From assembly GCA_965231215.1 (NCBI GenBank), contig OZ246423.1, positions 544,001 through 608,000 of the forward strand: a stretch of 64,000 bases of DNA, in the 5' to 3' direction. This stretch comes from Candidatus Altimarinota bacterium. GTDB taxonomy: Bacteria; Patescibacteriota; Gracilibacteria; UBA4473. Each line of letters opens with the position of its first letter. Position 1 is the first letter of the stretch. Under the pieces are notes generated by a model. It ran no database searches. It saw only the letters and a list, made by a program, of their open reading frames with translations, and was not told the DNA's origin. The position numbers were made by a program, and so were the translations under genes. This document shows, in pieces, positions 57,137 to 64,000 of the stretch.

Positions 57137-58465
57137 TCAGTTCGGACTTTCCAGCAGGTCATGACTCTTAGCAAATTGCAGTATTTCACGAGCTACAACT
57201 CGATCATCAAAAGGAATTTTGTTATTTCCTATAGTCTGAACTTGTTCATGCCCACGCCCCGCAATAATGACACAATCCTCAGGCTCAGCCACAAAAATAC
57301 CATACCGAATAGCCTCATATCGATCCTCAATTTCAAAAAAATTATGCCCTTCTTCCCGATTCATGTGGCTTCTAATAATTTTAGCAATATCTTTGGGGTT
57401 ATCATCCAGGGGGTCATCGGTGGTCAGCACAAACTCGTCCGCGTGAGCTTCAATAATTTTCACCGATTCTTGGTAGTACTCACTTTCTAAATTTCGCCCT
57501 CCAAGCCCCCCCCAAACACAAATTACTCGGCCTTTCACAATCCGTTGAAGTGTTTCTAGCACTGCCTTGAGACCACTTGGTTTATATGAAAAATCTACAA
57601 TTACAGAAAAGTCTTGCCCCTCATTTACTGGTTCTAATCTTCCAGCAATTCCAGGGAAGTGCGCCAGTAACTCTTCTAATTTTTCAACCGTGACTCCATT
57701 AGCCGAAACTGCCGCAATAGCCGCTAACATATTTTCTACATTATGCCTCCCAACGATAGGGGTTTTTAAATGCAGATGATGGTTCGGCAGTTTCACCTCC
57801 ATCTGACTCCATCGGGCTTCAAGTAAAACGTTGTTGGCTTTTACTTCTGCGGGCTTTTTGATGCCATAACTCCATTTTCTATCCGCTGGGTAGTCAGCAA
57901 ACAGGTCATAGTGTTCATCATCTCGATTTAGAATCGTGATTTTAGGGACATTAGGCTTTCTATAGCTAGTGTTGAGTGACTTAAAAAGCTTGCCTTTAAC
58001 CCGAACATATTCCGCAAAGTTTTTGTGATAGTCTAAATGTTCATTATCTGAGATATTGGTGAGAATAGCCGTATCAACAGAAACCCCCCAAAGTCGGTTT
58101 TGGTCCAAAGCATGAGAAGACACCTCAATCACGGCAAACTCACAACCTTGTTGCACCATCTTTCGCAAGAGTCTTTGTGTGGTCCAAGGACGAAGGGTCG
58201 TCCGTAGAGTTGGATTATGCACTTTTTGATTTCCAATACTAAAGTGAATCCCAGAGAGAGCGCCTGTTTTTACTCCTGAATTTTGAAGTAAATAATGAAC
58301 CAGCTCAACCGTGGTCGATTTCCCTGAAGTCCCAGTCACGGCAATGACTTTAAGGCGATTTCCTGGAAATCCGTATAACACCGCAGCTAAAATCGCTGAA
58401 TAGCGATGATAGAGCCTTCCAGCCGTTGAATTGGTTGGGAAAATTTTACGGAGCACTTTGAGCAT
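57137..58465 (-). CDS. murE: MurE-family Mur ligase
   Basis: VTGTSGKSTT, EVSSHALDQ, HLDYH, GRLE, AGRGHE, FDDR. Confidence 0.88.
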   Translation of the reverse strand: MLKVLRKIFPTNSTAGRLYHRYSAILAAVLYGFPGNRLKVIAVTGTSGKSTTVELVHYLLQNSGVKTGALSGIHFSIGNQKVHNPTLRTTLRPWTTQRLLRKMVQQGCEFAVIEVSSHALDQNRLWGVSVDTAILTNISDNEHLDYHKNFAEYVRVKGKLFKSLNTSYRKPNVPKITILNRDDEHYDLFADYPADRKWSYGIKKPAEVKANNVLLEARWSQMEVKLPNHHLHLKTPIVGRHNVENMLAAIAAVSANGVTVEKLEELLAHFPGIAGRLEPVNEGQDFSVIVDFSYKPSGLKAVLETLQRIVKGRVICVWGGLGGRNLESEYYQESVKIIEAHADEFVLTTDDPLDDNPKDIAKIIRSHMNREEGHNFFEIEDRYEAIRYGIFVAEPEDCVIIAGRGHEQVQTIGNNKIPFDDRVVAREILQFAKSHDLLESPN

Positions 58466-58547
58466 CACGTCTAATTCTAACAAAGAGAAAGACCTAAACC
58501 CAACTTTTTATTGCTCATTTAGCAAATTTCCCTACATTCGAGTCCTG

Positions 58548-59990
58548 ATGTCAGATGTACTTCCAGTTGTGGCTATTATTGGGCGCCCAAATGTGGGAAA
58601 ATCAACCCTCTTTAACGCCTTTGTTGGAACCCGAAAATCTATTGTGTCAGACATCGCTGGGACCACCCGTGACAGTTTAACAGAAAAGATAGAAGACCTC
58701 GGGGATATTAATTATATGCTTGTAGATACAGCCGGGCTTTCTGACTTTGGCAACCATACCCTAGAAAAAGAAATCCAAACCCAAGCAGAAATAGCCCTCC
58801 AAAACGCTGATTGTATTATTTGGCTCTTAGACGGAAAAGCCGATATCACTCAAGATGATCTTAATATTGCTCAACGCCTACGATCAAAAAGCGAAAAAGT
58901 AATTATTGTCGCTAATAAAATTGACGATGGGAATGACCAAAAAGCCTACAACTTTGCCGAACTCGGGTTTGATATTCCAGAAGTCATATCGGCTAAAAAT
59001 AACTTTGGGTTTTGGGAATTTACAGAAACCGTACAAAACAAATTAAAAGCCCTTGGATTCAACCCTCAAGAAAAATCCGAAACCCCAGACGAAGACGAGC
59101 CACTCAAAATAGCCTTAGTGGGACGTCCAAATGTAGGAAAATCTACATTATTCAATCAATTACTCGGCCAAGAACGAAGCGTCGTCTCCGACATCGCTGG
59201 AACTACTCGAGATTCAATTGATACCGATATTACCTTGAAAAACGGAAAAACTTACCGCCTTATCGACACCGCCGGAGTCCGGAAAAAAGGGAAACTAGGT
59301 AAATCTATGGAGTTTTGGATGTCGGTGAGAAGCCAACAATCCATTGAACGCGCCGACGTGTGCATCCTGCTGATTGATTCTTTAGACGGAGTCACACATC
59401 AAGATTTAGTATTGGCGGGTCGAATTTTAGAAGCCGGAAAAGGCGTCATTATTGGCGTAAATAAATTTGATCTGGCACGAGCCAAATCCAAAGGGGAAGA
59501 AACCCTAGAAACAGAAAAAGATCTAGAAGCCGTGCCCATGTGGGACAAAGACGTAGACGATATCCGTAACCGGTATTTAGCCTACCTACACAAAAAAATA
59601 GCCTTCCTTCCCTGGGCCCCCGTCCTGTTTTTCTCTGGAAAAACGGGGAAAGGGGTCCTCCCTCTCTGGGACTCAATTGAGGGGATTGCCATGCAGCGAT
59701 CCAAACGCATTCCCACCCACGAATTGAATCTTTTTGCCAGAGATATTTACTTTGGACATGTAGCCCCAAGCGTAGGCACCAAACAGGGCAAAATTAAATA
59801 CGTGACTCAAGCAGATATACAGCCGCCTAAATTTTTGTTTTTTGTAAATAATAAACAAGCCTTTCATTTTTCTTATAAACGGTACATAGAAAACCGCCTC
59901 AGAGAAAAATACGAATTCACCGGAACGCCCATCCAAATAGAACTTAAAGATGCCATGAATGAATTCCGAGGGAACAAGAAAGATAAATAA
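58548..59990 (+). CDS. der: Ribosome biogenesis GTPase Der (EngA)
   Basis: Two GRPNVGKSTL / GTTRD / DTAG GTPase domains plus KH-like C-terminus. Confidence 0.97.
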   Translation: MSDVLPVVAIIGRPNVGKSTLFNAFVGTRKSIVSDIAGTTRDSLTEKIEDLGDINYMLVDTAGLSDFGNHTLEKEIQTQAEIALQNADCIIWLLDGKADITQDDLNIAQRLRSKSEKVIIVANKIDDGNDQKAYNFAELGFDIPEVISAKNNFGFWEFTETVQNKLKALGFNPQEKSETPDEDEPLKIALVGRPNVGKSTLFNQLLGQERSVVSDIAGTTRDSIDTDITLKNGKTYRLIDTAGVRKKGKLGKSMEFWMSVRSQQSIERADVCILLIDSLDGVTHQDLVLAGRILEAGKGVIIGVNKFDLARAKSKGEETLETEKDLEAVPMWDKDVDDIRNRYLAYLHKKIAFLPWAPVLFFSGKTGKGVLPLWDSIEGIAMQRSKRIPTHELNLFARDIYFGHVAPSVGTKQGKIKYVTQADIQPPKFLFFVNNKQAFHFSYKRYIENRLREKYEFTGTPIQIELKDAMNEFRGNKKDK

Positions 59991-60005
59991 TTATGCCTAT
60001 TTTCT

Positions 60006-60143
60006 GTTGCCTTGGGGAAATTTTGTCTATCTTCTAAGCGCAGCGAACGTGCAATTCTCATCTGTGTGAACAACCAACGGGAAGTGAGTTTTGAGAATTC
60101 AGTGAGCGAGTTTGTAGAAGATAAGAAATTTTAACACAGCAAC
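60006..60143. other. Long imperfect hairpin (repeat-like element or ncRNA) between der and recF
   Basis: Nested inverted pairs GTTGC/GCAAC, TATCTTCTA/TAGAAGATA, AATTCTCA/TGAGAATT. Confidence 0.5.
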
Positions 60144-60234
60144 TCATCTTTTTTAGTTCGTTTCAAGAAAAAAGGACAGGCCTAGTTCGTTTGTGGTCTA
60201 AACAAAAAATGAACAGAAATTTTTTCAGTGCTTT

Positions 60235-61281
60235 TTAAAGCTCAAAGACTTGAACATCAGACTTAAACCCATCAAAATGAGCTTTATGCGTGGTTGTAAA
60301 AAACACCTGAGCCCCCTCACACAACTGTTCTAGGTGTGTTTGCCGATAATCATCTAACTCCGAAAACACATCATCCAAAAGCAAAATAGGCACCCTCTTT
60401 AAATGCTCTTGGAAAATATATTTTTGAGCAGACAGCATCGCCAACAGAACCGAGCGAGTCTCCCCACGTGAAGCATTTGAAACCACCGGCATATCCCGTA
60501 GATAAAAGACAAAGTCATCTCGGGTTGGCGCTATAAAATTTTTACGAGCAGCAAGCTCTCTTTCCTGATGCTTCATAAAAAAGTCTTCAATAGACGCAGA
60601 AGAAGCCTCAACCGGCTCTGCCAAATCCATCCCAATATGAAGGGATTCAGATCTACCCGTAATTTTTTGTAATTCTTTGGGAAGTTCTTGATTGAGCAGA
60701 TCCAAAAACTCTTGGCGTATCTGCATAATCACAGGCATAGTCTCCACCAAAATAGCATTCCAAGGGGCTAGGTGACTGGCAGAAGGTGATTCTTCTGTAC
60801 GCAGCAGACGGGTTTTTTGTTTATGGGCTTTAGTAGCTCGAGAAAGCTTTTCTCTGTACTGAGGATATATCTGCACCAAAATACGATCAAAAAACTGCAC
60901 ACGGGCTAATTTGGTACCAGAAAACAGGTGTAAATACTCCGGGCAAAATAGAAGGGTCGGAATCTGCCCTATAAGTCGAGTTCGAGGAAGCGCTTTTTTA
61001 TTTTTAGTAAAGGTACGAGAACGTGATCCAATATTGACCCTAAAAGTATCTAGCTCTGTTTGAAGCGTTACCAAAGCTGAATCTTGAGTGAAATCAGCGA
61101 TAAGATCTTTACTAGAGGTTTCCCGCCAGCTCTTGCCGACACTCAAGACAGAAATAGCCTCCAGCACATTCGTTTTCCCCAAACCATTAGGCCCACAAAA
61201 TACCACTCGCTCAGACTCAAACCGAAACGTCTGATCCGCATAGTTTCTAAAGTCCTGAAGACGAAGCACCTCTAACTTCAT
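60235..61281 (-). CDS. recF: DNA replication/repair protein RecF
   Basis: FRNY, GPNGLGKTNVLEAI, PTRDD, ASRGE, PILLLDDVFSELD. Confidence 0.95.
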   Translation of the reverse strand: MKLEVLRLQDFRNYADQTFRFESERVVFCGPNGLGKTNVLEAISVLSVGKSWRETSSKDLIADFTQDSALVTLQTELDTFRVNIGSRSRTFTKNKKALPRTRLIGQIPTLLFCPEYLHLFSGTKLARVQFFDRILVQIYPQYREKLSRATKAHKQKTRLLRTEESPSASHLAPWNAILVETMPVIMQIRQEFLDLLNQELPKELQKITGRSESLHIGMDLAEPVEASSASIEDFFMKHQERELAARKNFIAPTRDDFVFYLRDMPVVSNASRGETRSVLLAMLSAQKYIFQEHLKRVPILLLDDVFSELDDYRQTHLEQLCEGAQVFFTTTHKAHFDGFKSDVQVFEL

Positions 61282-61889
61282 TATTCAAAAATAGGATCAA
61301 AATCCTCTCCCCCAAGTCCGGACTTAGGCAAGTTCGGGGAATCGATACTAAAACTAGAATAAGGCCAGTCTTTTGGATCTTCTACTAGTCCATGTTTTAC
61401 AGCATTACCCTCAATATAATCACCGAGTTGCTCTAAATAAGCTTGATCCAGAACCTCTCGCGCCTGGAAACGCCCTTCAAACATAGGCATTTTAAGGCCC
61501 TTCTTCACCGTTTTTTTGTAGCGTTCATTAAAATACATCGCATAGGATTGTTGAATTTTTCTCATAAAGTGTGAAATTTCTTTAGAAAGCTTTGACTGAG
61601 CCTGGACTTCTAGGTTTTCATCTATCAAATCAGAAGTAATCTGGTTATGAAAACCTTCCGAAAAATCCTGACTCTCAGAAGTCTCCCAAAGCAAAAAATG
61701 AAAATGATTTGGCAAGAAACAAAAATGAGTGATTCTCACAGAAGGGTAATCAATCAAATATCGCTGAATGGTTTTATAAAAACGAACATAATCATCCTTA
61801 TCTAAGAACAATTTTTGTTTATTAAATCCACGGTTATAGACGTGATAATAACTATTTTGGAAAAGATCATCTATACGAGAAGGCATCAC
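61281..61889 (-). mobile_element. REP-associated tyrosine transposase (RAYT / Y1 HUH endonuclease)
   Basis: YHVYNRG, LPNHFH (HUH), YAMYFN, FEGRF, YIEGNAVKHGL, WPYSS. Confidence 0.88.
61314..61325. repeat. REP palindrome AAGTCCGGACTT inside the RAYT 3' end
   Basis: Perfect 12-bp palindrome. Confidence 0.7.
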
Positions 61890-61918
61890 TTACATCATAC
61901 AAAATTCCCAAACTCATG

Positions 61919-61932
61919 CAAGTCCGGACTTG
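61919..61932. repeat. REP palindrome CAAGTCCGGACTTG upstream of the RAYT gene
   Basis: Perfect 14-bp palindrome. Confidence 0.75.
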
Positions 61933-61945
61933 GTGGGGTTTTTAC

Positions 61946-61979
61946 AAAAAGCCCCTAGAGGCGAACCTCTAGGGGTTTT
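61946..61979 (-). terminator. Strong intrinsic terminator of the surface-protein gene
   Basis: CCCCTAGAGG-(UUCG loop on the minus strand)-CCTCTAGGGG with U tracts on both sides. Confidence 0.85.
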
Positions 61980-62025
61980 AAGTTTAAGGTTTAAAAATTA
62001 AACCTGTATTTCAACAGAAAGTTGA

Positions 62026-64000
62026 TTAGGCATCACTGTTAACATGAGCAGTGGTATCCATATCAAGTAGGTATCCATTGAAGAAGTCTGAAGAACCAGA
62101 AACATCAGATTCATCAGACCAAACGATGTTAGCACCGCTACCTACTACATTGGCAGAAGTGTTTGGACCAAATGCAGCGTTATCAGTTGGTATAGTTATA
62201 GAAACTGCATCATCATCAGCTTCTCCTGTACCATCGTTTCGAGTTCCATTAAATAGTAATGCGTAAGTTCGAGAAGAACCAGCATCGATAATTTGGTTCG
62301 TAAAGGTAACTGTAACTGAATCTGTAGTATCAGTTATAACTTTTACACCTGTACCAGCAGCAGCAGCTACAGTAGATGTAGTATCTAGAGTACCATCATC
62401 TTTCACTTGTAGAACTCGGTAAGTTGGGGTACCAGCTTCATAAGTCATCCCTTGAAGTGCAACATTTAGCACAACTTGAGCAAGAGTTACTTCATCAGCA
62501 CTATCTGCAGAAGCAGTAAATCGGTAGAACTCTTGTTCAGCAGAAGATGGATCAGCAAATGTAGGCTGAGTCGTAGCGTGTCGTAATTCCATTTGAGTGT
62601 TAAGAATCAAGAAATCTTGAGAGTTAACAGTAGAAACAGATACGTCAGCAGTTGCTAGGTCAGAACCAGTAGCAGCTGTAACCGCTTCTAAACCGTTTTG
62701 TTGTTGAGTAGTGTCAAGATCAAGATCAAGCACTTGTCCAGTCTGAGACTGATCAGTGATGTCTCGAACATCCACTTTAATAGTTACTGTTGTTGAACCA
62801 TCTTTAGGTACTCGGATTCGGTTAGCGTTTCCAAGTTCGAATTGAAGGTTTCCAGAAATCATAGTTTCAGTTTGAAGCAATTGACCAGATTCACTGTAGA
62901 GTTTGAAGTCCACACGGTCTCCAGCACTAGCGTTAGTAGCTTTGAAGTAGAGGTCAGAAACTTGTACTTCATCATCAGCAGCCGTTAGACGAACTTTAAG
63001 CACGTCCACTTCTGTTTGATTAGCCACTAAAATGTCAGAGAACACCGTAGAACCAAGTTCTACAGTAAGTGTACCAGTTTGAAGGATATCAAACGTAGAT
63101 CCACATAAGTAGTTGTTAGCTGTACCTCCATCACAGTCTCCGTCGCCAGTAGCATCAGCGTTTCCAACACCAAGAGTGATGCTTTCTTCTTGAACTGTAA
63201 CTTCTTGTCCGTTTTCAACATTGTCAGCGTTAACAGCCACAACGTGAACTTGGAAAGTAGAGTTAGAGCTAGACTCAACTACAGGGTCTCCCACAGCGTG
63301 AGTGTTAGCTAGAGCACCAGTACAAGTAACCGTTGTTCCAGAAACAGAAGCAACAGTACAAGTTTCAGTGTTACCAGTAGCACCTACAGTAAGAGTGTCT
63401 CCAGCAGAAATGTTAGCAGCGTTAGCTACGTCAAATGAAGTTGGAGTCACGTATTGAGTGATAAATTTACCAACAATTTCAGCAGCAGCGTGGTTGTTAG
63501 TAAAGGCTGAACTAACAGTAATAACGTTTGTAGTAGTGTTAATAGCAGAAATTGTAGCAATCTCAGCATTTGTACCAGTGTTAGTACCATCAGAAGAAAC
63601 CGAAATTTGGTCTCCTACAGCAAGAGTACCACCAAGACATGGAGCCCCAGCAGTGAATACTCCGTCAGCGTCACCTACAGTAAGGTTGGTAGTACCAGCC
63701 CCTGTAGCACCAGCAAGAGTAAGGTCAGCAGCTGTAGCCGCTTGACAAGCCGCTGTTGTAGTACCAGATCCAGCAGCAAGCGTAGTTGAAGCAGGATTAG
63801 CATCAGCCGCAGAAGTATTAGTATCAAATACTACTTCAAATTCTTTTTGACCAGCTGAAGGAATCAGCACAGTAAGGTCGTTGAATGTAGCAGCACCTGC
63901 ACTAGAAAGGTTTCGTGAAGAACCTTGTTGAGTTCCGTCTACGAAAATCGCAGCCGTAAAGTCTTGGATGTTTGTAAGAGCCGCACCAGTAGCGTCAGTT
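62026..64000 (-). CDS. C-terminal part of a large T/A/S/D-rich surface (S-layer-like) protein; begins beyond the window
   Basis: Frame stays open to the window edge; beta-rich Ig-like segments; ends IVWSDES...NGYLL; strong GCT/ACT/GGT codon bias. Confidence 0.75.
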   Translation of the reverse strand, partial: TDATGAALTNIQDFTAAIFVDGTQQGSSRNLSSAGAATFNDLTVLIPSAGQKEFEVVFDTNTSAADANPASTTLAAGSGTTTAACQAATAADLTLAGATGAGTTNLTVGDADGVFTAGAPCLGGTLAVGDQISVSSDGTNTGTNAEIATISAINTTTNVITVSSAFTNNHAAAEIVGKFITQYVTPTSFDVANAANISAGDTLTVGATGNTETCTVASVSGTTVTCTGALANTHAVGDPVVESSSNSTFQVHVVAVNADNVENGQEVTVQEESITLGVGNADATGDGDCDGGTANNYLCGSTFDILQTGTLTVELGSTVFSDILVANQTEVDVLKVRLTAADDEVQVSDLYFKATNASAGDRVDFKLYSESGQLLQTETMISGNLQFELGNANRIRVPKDGSTTVTIKVDVRDITDQSQTGQVLDLDLDTTQQQNGLEAVTAATGSDLATADVSVSTVNSQDFLILNTQMELRHATTQPTFADPSSAEQEFYRFTASADSADEVTLAQVVLNVALQGMTYEAGTPTYRVLQVKDDGTLDTTSTVAAAAGTGVKVITDTTDSVTVTFTNQIIDAGSSRTYALLFNGTRNDGTGEADDDAVSITIPTDNAAFGPNTSANVVGSGANIVWSDESDVSGSSDFFNGYLLDMDTTAHVNSDA

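Noticed and set aside
1-64000. Genetic code 25 (TGA = Gly), as in some Gracilibacteria
   Set aside because: Conserved genes are full length in code 11 with no internal TGA, and TGA ends cysS, gltX and murE at or near their expected C-termini.
1-64000. CRISPR array or rRNA
   Set aside because: No regularly spaced direct repeats and no rRNA-like sequence were seen.

Overview
A 64-kb chromosomal segment, most likely from a Patescibacteria (CPR) bacterium of the Gracilibacteria/Peregrinibacteria-like group. This is an inference from SD-poor starts, pilin and SLH genes, CPR-style aaRS domain insertions and a RAYT gene. It reads intact in code 11 (TGA = stop). Housekeeping genes include cysS, gltX, lepA, ileS, yidC-rnpA-rpmH, a holB/ricT-like pair, purH, frr, murE, der and recF. 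There is one tRNA-Trp(CCA) gene, and two short genes missing from the ORF track (rpmH and a DUF5989/SxtK-like gene). The main points of interest are: (1) an Ile-specific T-box riboswitch with the ultrashort Stem I architecture known from actinobacterial ileS. It heads a tight ileS-VOC-membrane protein-ProXp-ilvA operon, and the IleRS carries in-frame GNAT and histidine-phosphatase insertions. (2) Tandem recombinase/att scars at tRNA-Trp, including a duplicated tRNA 3' half split at the T-loop by a 102-nt structured insert. (3) A RAYT transposase flanked by AAGTCCGGACTT palindromes, plus a REPIN-like doublet of the same motif 11 kb away. (4) A cysteine-synthase-fold protein whose PLP lysine is replaced by Tyr. 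(5) An FMN reductase fused to an MsrQ-like membrane domain that lacks the heme histidines, next to apbE. All calls come from reading motifs by eye; no searches were run.
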